NCBI RefSeq assembly: GCF_003334385.1
Contig: NZ_QOWN01000002.1
From: Escherichia coli
GTDB taxonomy: Bacteria > Pseudomonadota > Gammaproteobacteria > Enterobacterales > Enterobacteriaceae
DNA length: 64,000 nucleotides
Strand: one strand, 5' to 3'
Part shown: positions 31,226 through 42,891 of the stretch, in pieces
Layout: each line of letters begins with the position of its first letter
Position numbering within the stretch: the first letter of the stretch is position 1
Made by a program: the position numbers and the translations under genes
The notes under the pieces: model-generated
Seen by the model: only the letters and a program-made list of their open reading frames with translations
Told to the model about the DNA's origin: nothing
The model's database searches: none

Positions 31226-32152
31226 ATGAAAATAATACTTCTGTTTTTAGCAGCCCTGGCAAGTTTTACCGTACACGCACAGCCCCCCTCACAGACCGTA
31301 GAACAAACAGTCCGGCATATTTATCAGAACTATAAATCAGATGCCACTGCCCCTTATTTTGGTGAAACCGGAGAGCGGGCGATAACTTCTGCGCGTATTC
31401 AACAGGCGCTTACCCTGAACGACAATCTTACGCTGCCGGGCAATATTGGCTGGCTGGATTATGATCCGGTTTGTGATTGTCAGGATTTTGGCGATCTGGT
31501 GCTAGAAAGCGTTGCGATAACCCAAACTGACGCCGATCATGCCGATGCCGTTGTGCGCTTTCGTATCTTTAAAGATGATAAAGAAAAGACCACGCAGACA
31601 CTGAAAATGGTGGCGGAAAATGGTCGTTGGGTCATTGACGATATTGTCAGCAATCATGGCAGCGTCTTACAAGCAGTTAATAGCGAGAATGAAAAAACGC
31701 TGGCCGCTTTAGCTTCGTTGCAAAAAGAACAGCCGGAAGCCTTTGTTGCCGAACTCTTTGAACATATTGCTGATTATAGCTGGCCGTGGACGTGGGTGGT
31801 TTCCGACTCTTACCGCCAGGCGGTTAATGCCTTCTATAAAACCACCTTCAAGACGGCCAATAATCCCGATGAAGATATGCAAATAGAACGGCAATTTATT
31901 TACGACAATCCGATCTGTTTTGGCGAAGAGTCGCTATTTTCACGCGTTGATGAAATTCGAGCCCTGGAGAAAACCGCCGATTCCGCCCGCATTCATGTTC
32001 GTTTTACGCTGACCAATGGCAACAACGAAGAGCAAGAACTGGTTTTACAGCGGCGCGAAGGCAAGTGGGAAATCGCTGATTTTATCCGCCCGAACAGCGG
32101 CAGCCTACTTAAGCAGATTGAGGCAAAAACTGCCGCCAGATTAAAGCAATGA
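31226..32152 (+). CDS. yqhG: Periplasmic DUF-family protein YqhG
   Basis: 308 aa with signal peptide MKIILLFLAALASFTVHA. Confidence 0.8.
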   Translation: MKIILLFLAALASFTVHAQPPSQTVEQTVRHIYQNYKSDATAPYFGETGERAITSARIQQALTLNDNLTLPGNIGWLDYDPVCDCQDFGDLVLESVAITQTDADHADAVVRFRIFKDDKEKTTQTLKMVAENGRWVIDDIVSNHGSVLQAVNSENEKTLAALASLQKEQPEAFVAELFEHIADYSWPWTWVVSDSYRQAVNAFYKTTFKTANNPDEDMQIERQFIYDNPICFGEESLFSRVDEIRALEKTADSARIHVRFTLTNGNNEEQELVLQRREGKWEIADFIRPNSGSLLKQIEAKTAARLKQ

Positions 32153-32202
32153 GCTGAATTAAATAACAATTAGCCGGAACAATAAATAAAAGGGAACACT
32201 AT

Positions 32203-32460
32203 ATGAAAACGATTTTCACCGTGGGAGCTGTTGTTCTGGCAACCTGCTTGCTCAGTGGCTGCGTCAATGAGCAAAAGGTCAATCAGCTGGCGAGCAATGT
32301 GCAAACATTAAATGCCAAAATCGCCCGGCTTGAGCAGGATATGAAAGCACTACGCCCACAAATCTATGCTGCCAAATCCGAAGCTAACAGAGCCAATACG
32401 CGTCTTGATGCTCAGGACTATTTTGATTGCCTGCGCTGCTTGCGTATGTACGCAGAATGA
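32203..32460 (+). CDS. yqhH: Small lipoprotein YqhH
   Basis: 85 aa; lipobox LSGC; coiled-coil, Lpp-like. Confidence 0.8.
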
Positions 32461-32502
32461 TAAAAAAATCCCCGGTAGCGTGTCAGTTGCCGGGGATATT
32501 TT

Positions 32503-34722
32503 TTAACGTCCAACCGCCGCTTTAGGCCGTTTCTTCGCACCAGCATTCACCGGACGAGATTGCGTAGACGACGCTTTTTTTGCCGTAGCAGGCGTCTGAC
32601 GCTGGGTCGCCATCGGCGTATGTTTCGTCAACGCCGGACGGGTATTGCGGTTCTGGCGACGAGCTTCACGCATCTCTTCAATGGTTGGCGCAGGCACTAA
32701 GCAATCGCGACGGCTGCCAATCAGATGCTTTTTGCCCATCGCTTCCAGCGCCTGGCGGATTAACGGCCAGTTTGCCGGATCGTGGTAACGCAACAACGCT
32801 TTATGCAAACGACGCTGTTTGTCGCCCTTCGGTACGAAGACGTCTTCGCTCTTATAACCAATCTTCGCCAGCGGGTTTTTCCCGGTGTAATACATGGTGG
32901 TTGAGTTCGCCAGCGGCGACGGATAGAAGTTCTGCACCTGGTCGAGGCGGAAGCGGTGCTTTTTCAGCCACAGCGCCAGATTCACCATATCTTCATCACG
33001 CGTACCGGGGTGCGCGGAGATGAAATAGGGGATCAGATACTGCTCTTTACCTGCCTGTTTTGAGTAAGTATCGAACAGCTCTTTAAAGCGGTCATAGCTG
33101 CCCATGCCCGGCTTCATCATCTTCGATAACGGCCCTTCTTCGGTATGTTCCGGGGCAATCTTCAGATAACCGCCGACGTGATGGGTCGCCAGTTCTTTGA
33201 TATAGCGCGGATCTTCTACGGCTATGTCATAACGCACACCAGAGGCAATCAGGATCTTTTTAATGCCTTTCAGATCACGCGCACGGCGATAGAGGTTGAT
33301 CGTTGGTTCGTGGTTCGTGTCCATGTGCGGACAAATATCCGGATAAACGCACGACAAACGGCGACAAGTTTGTTCAGCGCGTGGCGATTTGCAGCGCAAC
33401 ATATACATGTTGGCAGTTGGCCCACCAAGATCGGAAATCACGCCCGTAAAACCTGGAACGGTGTCGCGGATCGCTTCGATCTCATTAATGATCGAATCTT
33501 CGGAACGGCTCTGAATAATGCGCCCTTCGTGCTCGGTGATAGAACAGAAAGAGCAGCCGCCAAAGCAGCCACGCATAATGTTGACCGAAAAACGGATCAT
33601 TTCGTAAGCCGGAATACGGGCATTGCCATAGGCCGGATGTGGCACGCGCTTGTATGGCAGCGCAAAAACGCTGTCCATCTCTTCGGTAGAAAGCGGAATA
33701 GCAGGCGGGTTGATCCACACATAGCGGTCGCCGTGTTTTTGCATCAATGCGCGGGCACAGCCTGGGTTGGTTTCGTGGTGCAGAATACGCGAAGCATGGG
33801 CGTACAGCACTTTATCGCCCTTCACTTTCTCGAAAGAAGGCAGCAACACGTAGGTTTTTTCCCACGGTTTCGGGCGCGGTGGCTGCACGGTTACGGCTTT
33901 GGCTTCCTGCTTTTTCGGTGCCACCGGTTTGTTATCCGCGCACGGCAAATCTTCACCATACGGATGCGGGATTGGGTCGATTTTTCCAGGGGTATCAAGA
34001 CGGGTGGAATCCACGCCGCTCCAGCCAGGCAGCGCCTCTTTCACGATAATCGCGGTATTACGCACATCGCGGATTTCACTAATTGGCTCGCCCATCGCCA
34101 GACGATGCGCCACTTCCACCAGCGGACGCTCACCGTTACCAAACATCAGCATGTCGGCTTTCGAATCCACCAGCACGGAACGGCGCACGGTATCGGACCA
34201 GTAATCATAATGCGCGGTACGGCGCAGACTAGCCTCAATACCGCCGAGGATCACCGGTACATCTTTCCACGCCTCTTTACAACGCTGGGTATAAACCAGT
34301 GTGGCGCGATCCGGGCGCTTACCCGCGACGTTATCCGGCGTGTAGGCATCGTCATGACGTAAACGGCGATCGGCGGTATAACGGTTGATCATCGAATCCA
34401 TGTTGCCAGCAGTAACACCGAAAAACAGATTCGGTTTACCCAGACGCATAAAGTCGTCTTTGCTGCTCCAGTCCGGCTGGGCGATGATCCCGACGCGAAA
34501 GCCCTGCGCTTCCAGCATACGACCGCAAATCGCCATCCCGAAGCTTGGGTGATCGACATACGCGTCGCCAGTAACCAAAATGATGTCGCAGCTATCCCAG
34601 CCAAGTTGATCCATCTCTTCACGAGACATCGGCAAAAACGGTGCCGGTCCAAAACAGGCGGCCCAGTACTGCGGCCAGGAGAACAGGTCGCGATCCGGTT
34701 GGATCAGGGAGATAGAGCTCAT
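32503..34722 (-). CDS. ygiQ: Radical SAM protein YgiQ (UPF0313)
   Basis: 739 aa; radical SAM cysteine cluster CFGGCSFC; basic C-terminal tail. Confidence 0.9.
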   Translation of the reverse strand: MSSISLIQPDRDLFSWPQYWAACFGPAPFLPMSREEMDQLGWDSCDIILVTGDAYVDHPSFGMAICGRMLEAQGFRVGIIAQPDWSSKDDFMRLGKPNLFFGVTAGNMDSMINRYTADRRLRHDDAYTPDNVAGKRPDRATLVYTQRCKEAWKDVPVILGGIEASLRRTAHYDYWSDTVRRSVLVDSKADMLMFGNGERPLVEVAHRLAMGEPISEIRDVRNTAIIVKEALPGWSGVDSTRLDTPGKIDPIPHPYGEDLPCADNKPVAPKKQEAKAVTVQPPRPKPWEKTYVLLPSFEKVKGDKVLYAHASRILHHETNPGCARALMQKHGDRYVWINPPAIPLSTEEMDSVFALPYKRVPHPAYGNARIPAYEMIRFSVNIMRGCFGGCSFCSITEHEGRIIQSRSEDSIINEIEAIRDTVPGFTGVISDLGGPTANMYMLRCKSPRAEQTCRRLSCVYPDICPHMDTNHEPTINLYRRARDLKGIKKILIASGVRYDIAVEDPRYIKELATHHVGGYLKIAPEHTEEGPLSKMMKPGMGSYDRFKELFDTYSKQAGKEQYLIPYFISAHPGTRDEDMVNLALWLKKHRFRLDQVQNFYPSPLANSTTMYYTGKNPLAKIGYKSEDVFVPKGDKQRRLHKALLRYHDPANWPLIRQALEAMGKKHLIGSRRDCLVPAPTIEEMREARRQNRNTRPALTKHTPMATQRQTPATAKKASSTQSRPVNAGAKKRPKAAVGR

Positions 34723-34832
34723 TTTGCTTCCAGAAATGATAAAAAAATAATCAAAGGCCGGGGATTATAAGCCGGAACGAAAGAGAAATCGAAAGGTATT
34801 CCATACTCGCCCTCCTCGGGCGAGTATGAAGA

Positions 34833-36245
34833 TTACGGTACCGGATTGACCAACAGTTGCCCAATCGAGCCACGGTCCGCCATTTCCAGCGTCTGACTGT
34901 TGAAGTAGAACGGGAAGTGCGCCCAGGAAGGCTGACCGAAATAAACAAGCAGCTCCACTTGTCCGTCAACCCAAACGGTATCTTTCCAGCCTCTGTCTTC
35001 CGGGAACGGCATCGCGCCATTCACGTTACGGATCTGGAACATTACGCCTTCAATATGGAACGCTTGCGGCTCGTCCGCGCGTACCGTCCAGCGTTCCCAC
35101 GTTCCTTGCTGCGCGGTGACATCAATACGGTTGACGTCCCACAGCTGTCCATTAATACCCGGGTCATCACCCAGACTGATATCGCGACTGCGAATTGGCG
35201 AACCAGCCATGATTTCAGTTGGCAGCAAGCGCATCGGAAGACTGTCTGTGACCAGCGGCAGAAGGCCGGTTGGGCGCAGCGTTAGCACCAGGGTAGAAAC
35301 CAGAATACTGGATGGCTCAAAGAAGCCACGAATACGATCAACAATGCTCGCCGCTTCGCCACAGGTGATCGACACTTCATCGCCGTTGCTCATATCCACC
35401 AGAATCTCGCGGCGCTCGCCCGGTGCCAGCGAAAGTTGCTTCACCGATACAGGAGCAGGCAGGAATCCCTGATCGCCAGAAATCACATGTAACGGGCGAC
35501 CATCGTTCATCTGTAGTTGATAGCGACGAGAGTTCGACGCGTTCAGCAGTCGCAAGCGCACCCAGCCACGCGAGACTTCAACGTACGGGCTTTGTACACC
35601 GTTAACCAGCAGCGTATCACCAACAAAGCCGCCGCTTCCCGGTTCGTTGTATTCTGGCGTACCAAAGTTATCCAGCCGTTTATCCTGGATAATGACCGGA
35701 AAATCATCCACACCATAATGGTTGGGGATAGGCAGCGACTTGCTGACTTCATCTTCCACCAGCCACATTCCGGCAAGGCCGTTATAGACCTGCTGAGCCG
35801 TGCGGTTGGGAGTATTGGCGTGATACCACAGAGTAGCTGCGTTCTGGCGAATGGGCAGTACGGGTGCCCAGTCAGCGTTTGGCGACATCATCCGTGCCGG
35901 ACCGCCCATCAGCGGGCCTGGTACCTGTAGCCCGGCCACCGTCATTGAGACATTTTCTGTCAGGCGGTTGCTGTAAATAAGCTTAACATCGTCGCCCTTC
36001 CAGACGCGGATAGTCGGCCCCAGGTAACGACCATTGATTCCCCAGACCGACGCGCGTGTCCCTGGCGTAAATGACCAGTGCGCACGTTGTACAGTCATAA
36101 ACAGCGGTTGCCCACGGCGAGATTCAAGTAGCGGCGGAACGGGTAGCGGTTGCTGTTGCCCGGCTGCGCTGGCCTTCAGGGGAACAGCGCCTGCACAAAG
36201 TGCAATCCCCGATGCCTGAATGAACTGACGCCGACTGAGTGACAT
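34833..36245 (-). CDS. ftsP: Cell division protein FtsP (SufI), multicopper-oxidase-like
   Basis: 470 aa; Tat signal MSLSRRQFIQASGIALCAGA. Confidence 0.9.
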   Translation of the reverse strand: MSLSRRQFIQASGIALCAGAVPLKASAAGQQQPLPVPPLLESRRGQPLFMTVQRAHWSFTPGTRASVWGINGRYLGPTIRVWKGDDVKLIYSNRLTENVSMTVAGLQVPGPLMGGPARMMSPNADWAPVLPIRQNAATLWYHANTPNRTAQQVYNGLAGMWLVEDEVSKSLPIPNHYGVDDFPVIIQDKRLDNFGTPEYNEPGSGGFVGDTLLVNGVQSPYVEVSRGWVRLRLLNASNSRRYQLQMNDGRPLHVISGDQGFLPAPVSVKQLSLAPGERREILVDMSNGDEVSITCGEAASIVDRIRGFFEPSSILVSTLVLTLRPTGLLPLVTDSLPMRLLPTEIMAGSPIRSRDISLGDDPGINGQLWDVNRIDVTAQQGTWERWTVRADEPQAFHIEGVMFQIRNVNGAMPFPEDRGWKDTVWVDGQVELLVYFGQPSWAHFPFYFNSQTLEMADRGSIGQLLVNPVP

Positions 36246-36319
36246 ATTTGCTCCATGTAAAACTGGCTAAAGTAATACCGTGCAGGAAAGTGTTCCCCGC
36301 AAAAATACAGATTGCCGAC

Positions 36320-37057
36320 TTAAACTTTTCCGGCGGCTTCGCGTTCTGCGACTTCTTTATCGAGCTCGGCGATTTTTTGTTCCATTATCGAACGACAATG
36401 GGCAGCCAGCTCACGAACCTGATCTTTGCCATACTGACTGACGTCAATTGGCGGCAGCATTTCGACAATCACCAGACCGTTGTGCAGTCGATTAAGATTA
36501 ATCTTATTCGAAGTTGTAGAGACGCACACGGGAATAATCGGGACGCCCGCCGCAATTGCCGCGTGAAATGCTCCAGTCTTGAACGGTAGCAGGCCGCGAC
36601 CACGGCTGCGGGTTCCTTCCGGGAACATCCAGATGGAAATACGGCGTTTTTTGAAGTGATTCACTACTTCCGCAATGGTGCCGTGAGCTTTAGTGCGATT
36701 GTTTCTGTCGATCAATAAGTTGCCGGTTAACCAGTACAACTGCCCGAAGAAGGGGATCCACAGCAAGCTCTTTTTACCTACCGTCACCGTCGGCGGTTGC
36801 ACGATGTTCGATGCTGTCACCATGTCATAGTTGTTCTGGTGGTTAGCGATATAGATAGCATTGCCGTAGCTTTCAGCGTCTGTAGGTTTACGGCACTCAA
36901 CTTTCAGGCCAAACAGCGGCGCAAGACGGCCAAACATATGCCCAAAGGTGGCCACATGTTTCGGGTTACGCGGGCTGAAAAGGCAGTAAATGGAGCCGAA
37001 TACACAGACTAAGATGCTGTAAATCACGGTAATAATAAGACGAAAGATATATAGCAT
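36320..37057 (-). CDS. plsC: 1-acyl-sn-glycerol-3-phosphate acyltransferase PlsC
   Basis: 245 aa; acyltransferase HxxxxD motif (NHQNNYD) and FPEGTRS motif. Confidence 0.95.
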   Translation of the reverse strand: MLYIFRLIITVIYSILVCVFGSIYCLFSPRNPKHVATFGHMFGRLAPLFGLKVECRKPTDAESYGNAIYIANHQNNYDMVTASNIVQPPTVTVGKKSLLWIPFFGQLYWLTGNLLIDRNNRTKAHGTIAEVVNHFKKRRISIWMFPEGTRSRGRGLLPFKTGAFHAAIAAGVPIIPVCVSTTSNKINLNRLHNGLVIVEMLPPIDVSQYGKDQVRELAAHCRSIMEQKIAELDKEVAEREAAGKV

Positions 37058-37290
37058 AACACCCTCTGAAGGTCTGAGAGACTGGCATTGTACGTCACCT
37101 GAAATCAGGTTAGGGCATTGTTAAAAGCCGCTCTCTGGAAAAGCGTATTGTTAATCGCAACGCATGAATAAACAACGGTTTCAAGGGAATTTTTATCGTT
37201 TCCGGGGGTTGAATACGCTGCCGGATGACGACTTAACGTTTCATCCGGCGTTCCTTGCAAGCGGGAGGAAACAGCGCCCTCCCCGGCATA

Positions 37291-39549
37291 TTACTCTTCG
37301 CTATCACCGCTGCTGGCACGGCGAGGAGAGTCGATCTCAACACGATCGATACGCTGCAAACCGCGCATCAACGTACCGCGGCGTCCACGTTCGCCAGTGA
37401 CTTTCTGTAACTCTTCCGGGCGCAGTTTAATTTTGCGTTTCCCAACATGAATGGTCAGCGTGCTTTGCGGCGGCAGAACGTACAATTGCGCCAGACCATC
37501 TTCTCCACGCGCGGCTTCTGCCGATGGAATGTTGATAATCTTGTTGCCTTTGCCCTTCGACAGCTGCGGCAGATCACTTACCGGGAACATCAACATACGG
37601 CCTGCCTGAGTGATTGCCAGCAGCATATCGGAAGCATCTTCAATCACCACCGGCGGCATAACATGGGCATTTTCCGGTAAGGTGATCAAAGCCTTACCTG
37701 CACGGTTACGCGCCACCAGATCGTTAAAGGTGCAGACGAAACCGTAACCCGCATCGGAAGCCATCAGCAGTTTCTGATCGTCGCTTTCCATCAGCATATG
37801 GTCAACGGTCGCCCCAGGCGGCAACGTTAATTTGCCGGTGAGCGGCTCGCCCTGACCACGCGCCGACGGCAGCGTAATCGGGTCAATGGCATAGCTACGA
37901 CCGGTGGAATCAACAAACACTACCGGTTGGTTGCTCTTACCTTTCACCGCCGCTTTGAAGCTATCACCCGCTTTATAATTCAGGCCCGGCGCGTCGATAT
38001 CATGGCCTTTAGCGCTGCGTACCCAGCCCATCTGCGACAGCACAATGGTGACAGGTTCAGACGGCAGCATGTCGTGCTCGCTCATCGCTTTCGCTTCTTC
38101 GCGTTCCTGCAACGGCGAACGACGATCGTCACCGTAGGCTTGCGCGTCTGCCTGCAGTTCTTTCTTCAGCAGGTTATTCATTTTACGCTCGGAAGCCAAA
38201 ATGCCCTGCAACTGGTCGCGCTCTTTTTCCAGTTCACTCTGCTCACCGCGAATCTTCATCTCTTCCAGTTTGGCAAGATGACGCAGTTTCAGTTCGAGGA
38301 TCGCTTCCGCCTGGGTTTCCGTAAGGCCAAACCGCGACATCAGCGCCGGTTTCGGTTCATCTTCATTACGAATGATCTCAATCACTTCGTCGATATTGAG
38401 AAACGCCACCAGCAAACCTTCGAGGATATGCAGGCGCTTGAGGACTTTCTCCAGACGATAGTTCAGTCGGCGGCGCACGGTATCGCGGCGGAACACCAGC
38501 CATTCGGAGAGGATTTCCAGCAGGTTTTTCACCGCCGGACGACCATCCAGACCGATCATATTAAGGTTAATACGATAGCTCTTTTCCAGATCGGTGGTAG
38601 CGAAGAGGTGGTTCATCACCTGATCCATATCCACGCGGTTGGAACGCGGCACAATCACCAGGCGGGTCGGGTTCTCGTGGTCAGATTCATCGCGCAGATC
38701 GTCAACCATCGGCAGCTTTTTGTTGCGCATTTGCGCAGCAATTTGCTCCAGTACGCGCACACCTGAAACCTGATGCGGCAATGCGCTGATAACCACCGCG
38801 CCATCTTCTTTCTTCCACACCGCGCGCATACGCACTGAACCACGTCCGTTCTCGTAGATTTTACGGATCTCGGCGCGCGAAGTGATAATTTCCGCTTCAG
38901 TCGGATAATCCGGCCCCTGCACGATATCCAGCAGCTGATCGAGCGTGGTTTTCGGCTGGTCGATTAATGCGATTGCCGCCTGAGCCACTTCACGCAGGTT
39001 ATGCGGTGGAATATCGGTCGCCATGCCGACGGCAATACCGGTGGTGCCGTTAAGCAAAATGTTTGGCAGACGGGCAGGTAGCATTTTCGGCTCCTGCAAA
39101 GTGCCGTCGAAGTTTGGCACCCAGTCAGCCGTCCCCTGCCCCAGCTCGCTCAATAGCAGCTCGGAATATTTCGACAACCGGGATTCGGTGTAACGCATTG
39201 CCGCGAACGATTTCGGATCGTCCGGCGCGCCCCAGTTCCCCTGACCATCAACCAGCGGATAACGGTAAGAGAACGGTTGCGCCATCAGGACCATCGCTTC
39301 ATAACAGGCGCTATCGCCGTGCGGATGGTATTTACCCAGTACGTCACCGACGGTACGGGCCGATTTTTTAAATTTGGCGCTGGCATTCAGGCCCAGTTCA
39401 GACATCGCATACACAATGCGGCGCTGAACAGGTTTCAGACCATCACCAATAAACGGCAACGCACGGTCCATGATCACGTACATGGAGTAGTTTAAGTAGG
39501 CGTTTTCCGTAAATTCATGTAGCGCAAGGCGCTCTGCCATATCGCTCAT
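37291..39549 (-). CDS. parC: DNA topoisomerase IV subunit A
   Basis: 752 aa; GyrA/ParC family ([18 protein letters not shown], catalytic AAMRYTE). Confidence 0.95.
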
Positions 39550-39686
39550 TAATTCTGATTCCTCAACTTATTCGCCAGCCTTCAAAGGGGCAATATTGCC
39601 GGAGATACTACATTATCTGCCGCGTCGAGTCACAGGAGATCAGCGTGAATAGCGCCGCCGGACGTGCTCCGACGGCGATAAAGGCA

Positions 39687-41294
39687 TCAATGTGCCTTGA
39701 TATACAACTCTTTGCTGTAGACATAATCCTGGGGATTATGCAGCGGAAAACCGCCAACGTAGGGTTTAAGCAGTTTGATTAACGGCTGATAGTAGATAGG
39801 AATCAGCGGTGCCTGTTGGTTGATGATCACTTCTGCCTGCTGATACAACGCATTACGCTTTGTCGCATCAGTGATCTGCGTGGCCTGGTTTAGTAAGGCG
39901 TCATACTGCGCATTTTTCCAGTGACCGACGTTTTCTTCACTATCGCTTTTGAGCGTGTTCAGGAAGCTGGAAGCATCATTGTACGTCGCATCCCACGACT
40001 GCCGAGACAGCATGAAATCACCGGCTCGTCGGGCATCAAGATAGGTTTTCCACTCCATTGTGCGCAGCGTCACCTGTGCACCCAGCCATTTTTTCCATTC
40101 GGAAGACAACGCTATCGCGGTCTTTTCATGCAGATCGTACTTGTTGTAGAACAGCTCAAAGCGTAGCGGATGAGAGGCGTCGTATCCCGCCTGTTTCAGC
40201 AAGGCTTTTGCCATCGCGACGCGCTCACTCATTGGCTTTTGCAGTTCATCGAACGTCGTCGCGCTAAAGCCTTTTACCTCTGGCGGCGTCAGCGTGGTTG
40301 CGGGCGTTCTCAACCCCAGTACCTTTTGCGCAATAAGCTGTCGATCAACCGTAAGATATAGCGCCCGACGCACTCGCACATCGTTAAATGGCGGTTTCTC
40401 AAGGTTGAAGTTGTAATATTCGCTGTTCAGACGCGGAATAATTCGTAGCTCGCCAGGCAGTGATTTTTCAATGGCGGGAATTTGCTGCGCCGGAACCCAG
40501 GTGAGATCGACCTCTCCCGCGCGATAGCGGTTATAGCCGGTGACCGAATTATCTAGCGCCAGATACTCAACCTGTTGCAATACTGTATGTTGCGCATCGC
40601 GGTACTTTGGATTTTTGCGTGCAGTAATCTTTTCGTTAACTACCCACTGATCAAGCACAAAGGCACCGTTGTAAACCATGTTCTCTGGCTTACTCCAGCT
40701 ATCGCCATGTTTAGCGATGACATGATGAGGAACCGGGAACAGCGTCGGCCAGGCGAGCATCGTCGTGAACCAAGGAACCGGCTGCTCAAGCGTAACTTCA
40801 AGAGTACGATCATCCGTCGCTTTGACACCCAGCGATGTAACATCTGCTTTACCCGCAACAATAGCTGCGGCATTGTTAATGTGCGCCTGTGCCAGATAGC
40901 CAGCAAAAGGGCTTGCCGTTTTCGGGTCAACCGCGCGCTGCCAGCCGAGGACAAAATCCTCTGCCGTCAGAGGCTGACCGTCGGACCACTGCAAACCGCT
41001 ACGCAGATGGAAAATATAGCGCTTGCCGCCGTCCAGTATCTCCCAGCGTTCAGCCTGAGCGGGCTGCACCTGGCCTTCACCGTCCATCCATACCAGACCT
41101 TCAAACAGATCCAGCACAATCTGCGCGGCAGTATTCTCCTCCACCTTTTGCGGGTCGAGCGTACCTGGGTCGCTATGATTGTTGTAACGAAAGACTTGTT
41201 GCGGGGCGAGCGGTGTGTTGGCGGGAACGTCAGCAGCGTAGAGAGGAGCCGCACTTACCAGGCTGACCAGCCATAATAAATTTCGCGTATACAT
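39687..41294 (-). CDS. ygiS: Periplasmic oligopeptide-binding-family protein YgiS
   Basis: 535 aa from MYTRNLLWLVSLVSAAPLYA (signal peptide); ABC substrate-binding family 5 features. The ORF track includes a 21-codon upstream extension. Confidence 0.85.
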   Translation of the reverse strand: MYTRNLLWLVSLVSAAPLYAADVPANTPLAPQQVFRYNNHSDPGTLDPQKVEENTAAQIVLDLFEGLVWMDGEGQVQPAQAERWEILDGGKRYIFHLRSGLQWSDGQPLTAEDFVLGWQRAVDPKTASPFAGYLAQAHINNAAAIVAGKADVTSLGVKATDDRTLEVTLEQPVPWFTTMLAWPTLFPVPHHVIAKHGDSWSKPENMVYNGAFVLDQWVVNEKITARKNPKYRDAQHTVLQQVEYLALDNSVTGYNRYRAGEVDLTWVPAQQIPAIEKSLPGELRIIPRLNSEYYNFNLEKPPFNDVRVRRALYLTVDRQLIAQKVLGLRTPATTLTPPEVKGFSATTFDELQKPMSERVAMAKALLKQAGYDASHPLRFELFYNKYDLHEKTAIALSSEWKKWLGAQVTLRTMEWKTYLDARRAGDFMLSRQSWDATYNDASSFLNTLKSDSEENVGHWKNAQYDALLNQATQITDATKRNALYQQAEVIINQQAPLIPIYYQPLIKLLKPYVGGFPLHNPQDYVYSKELYIKAH

Positions 41295-41426
41295 GGTATT
41301 CCTTACCGGAGAAATTATAAGCCCAACAACAATACGCCTGTGGCATTGTTCGCTCAAACTTATCGCGAGTGATTTGGCTCACACTCCGGTAAAGAAAAAA
41401 GCGAGTTGCCCCCGCTTTTCCATTAA

Positions 41427-41822
41427 TTAACGGATTTCATTCAATAGTTCTGGATGCTTATCCAGAACACGTAAAAGTTTGATTGTGGAAGGATGAGGTT
41501 GGGCATTGCCTTTTTCGTAACGCGAAAACGCATTTACACCTCCCCCAAAAATTTCGCTTGCCTCTTTTTGGGTAAGAGAGAGCTTTTTTCGAACCTTCAC
41601 TATAAATTCAGGTGCCACTGTTTCGGCATTTACCGAAGCCCGAAATGCCTTTACTTGCGCCATGAAAGCATCTGACTCTTCTTTATTCATGATGCTCTCT
41701 TCGCAATGGACACAATATAAACCGTGGATACCTTTCAATACTGTTTTTCGTCCACGGAAGGTGTATGGAATATCTTTAATGCCAGAAACCATTTCTCCCT
41801 GGTGGCAAACCGGACATTTCAT
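41427..41822 (-). CDS. mqsA: Antitoxin / transcriptional regulator MqsA
   Basis: 131 aa; N-terminal zinc ribbon CPVCHQGEM...CVHCEE, C-terminal XRE-type HTH. Confidence 0.95.
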   Translation of the reverse strand: MKCPVCHQGEMVSGIKDIPYTFRGRKTVLKGIHGLYCVHCEESIMNKEESDAFMAQVKAFRASVNAETVAPEFIVKVRKKLSLTQKEASEIFGGGVNAFSRYEKGNAQPHPSTIKLLRVLDKHPELLNEIR

Positions 41823-41823
41823 A

Positions 41824-42120
41824 TTACTTCTCCTTAAACGAGACGATCAGTACGTCATGAATTACCGTAATTTTAAGATAAACCTGGCCTGTAACAAGCC
41901 TGGGTCTGTAAACATCCTGCCAGATAGTATGATCAGAGTAGGTGGTCATGCTTTTATAAAAGTCGCTCTCTGATAATCCAATGATAACATTACACATACC
42001 ATCAAAATCCAAACCTAACTCATCTGCATTTAACAGGGCACTACGTGTTGTACGAACTTGCCCGGCATTGACAAGTTTTTTAACCTGACTCAAACGTGTA
42101 TGTGGTGTGCGTTTTTCCAT
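41824..42120 (-). CDS. mqsR: mRNA interferase toxin MqsR
   Basis: 98 aa, MEKRTPHTRLSQVKKLVNAGQVRTT; toxin encoded upstream of the antitoxin with a 1-nt spacer. Confidence 0.95.
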   Translation of the reverse strand: MEKRTPHTRLSQVKKLVNAGQVRTTRSALLNADELGLDFDGMCNVIIGLSESDFYKSMTTYSDHTIWQDVYRPRLVTGQVYLKITVIHDVLIVSFKEK

Positions 42121-42150
42121 AACCCCCGCCTCCCTGTTACTTTAGTTATA

Positions 42151-42228
42151 ACCTAAAAGGTTAATTACAGCAATGAAAAAGCACCTAAAAGGTTAATTAC
42201 AGCAATGAAAAAGCACCTAAAAGGTTAG
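42151..42228. repeat. Tandem 32-bp direct repeat (2.4 copies) carrying MqsA-operator palindromes
   Basis: acctaaaaggttaattacagcaatgaaaaagc occurs at 42151-42182 and again at 42183-42214, followed by a partial copy acctaaaaggttag. Each copy contains an ACCT-AAA-AGGT palindrome. Confidence 0.7.
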
Positions 42229-42356
42229 TTAGATGTACGGAGATAGTGACCACACAAAACGTATTCTTTAAGGAAAGTGATTGACCATATAAGAAAGTGG
42301 CGCATTAGTAGCGCCAGTTTGAAGCAGGAATTTATAAGGGAAGCTGGAGTCAGGCA

Positions 42357-42839
42357 TCACGCCAACGGCACATAAACATCCGTTTCCAGTCGCTGCTCTG
42401 TCACCCCTTCGGCAAGATTGGTGTAGTGAAACAGAATCGGTGCTTTACGCATTTTCTCGCCGCTTGCAGGCAGCCAGTGGCGAATGATGCCCCATACCGT
42501 GTGTGAAATATCGTCCAGCTCGCCAACGTGGCGGGCCACGGCATAACGTCCACCGGTAAGTTCACCATTGCTCACACCATAACGATTATCGGGAATCGGT
42601 TCGCTAACGCTGCCGCAGATATCAAAGCGAAACGCTTCCGGTGCGGTGGTGGCAGGGTCGTCCCAGGCGACGCCAAAAGTCTGGCTTTGGTTAACAGGAG
42701 AAAGCCCCGTCTCTTTACGCCACATGATAAATTTCGCCACGCTGTAGTTGAGCAATTCAGGGCTACAGCGGTGCGGCAACATCGCCACAGGTATTGATGG
42801 GAAATCGATAATGTTTACATCCAGTGTCAGGTTTGTCAT
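42357..42839 (-). CDS. ygiV: GyrI-like domain transcriptional regulator YgiV
   Basis: 160-aa ORF at the K-12 ygiV position. Confidence 0.8.
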   Translation of the reverse strand: MTNLTLDVNIIDFPSIPVAMLPHRCSPELLNYSVAKFIMWRKETGLSPVNQSQTFGVAWDDPATTAPEAFRFDICGSVSEPIPDNRYGVSNGELTGGRYAVARHVGELDDISHTVWGIIRHWLPASGEKMRKAPILFHYTNLAEGVTEQRLETDVYVPLA

Positions 42840-42891
42840 TTTGCCTCCCTGCGAAATTATTCCCGGGAACGCGTCCCGGGAGCGGTAACAA

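Noticed and set aside
33145-34362. 405-aa plus-strand ORF
   Set aside because: Antisense within the radical SAM gene ygiQ; no ribosome-binding site, and the composition looks like a mirror of ygiQ.
37927-38766. 279-aa plus-strand ORF
   Set aside because: Antisense within parC; spurious.
42151-42228. Possible CRISPR-like direct repeats
   Set aside because: Only 2.4 contiguous copies with no spacers; the units carry the mqsRA operator palindrome, so this is a tandem duplication of a regulatory site.
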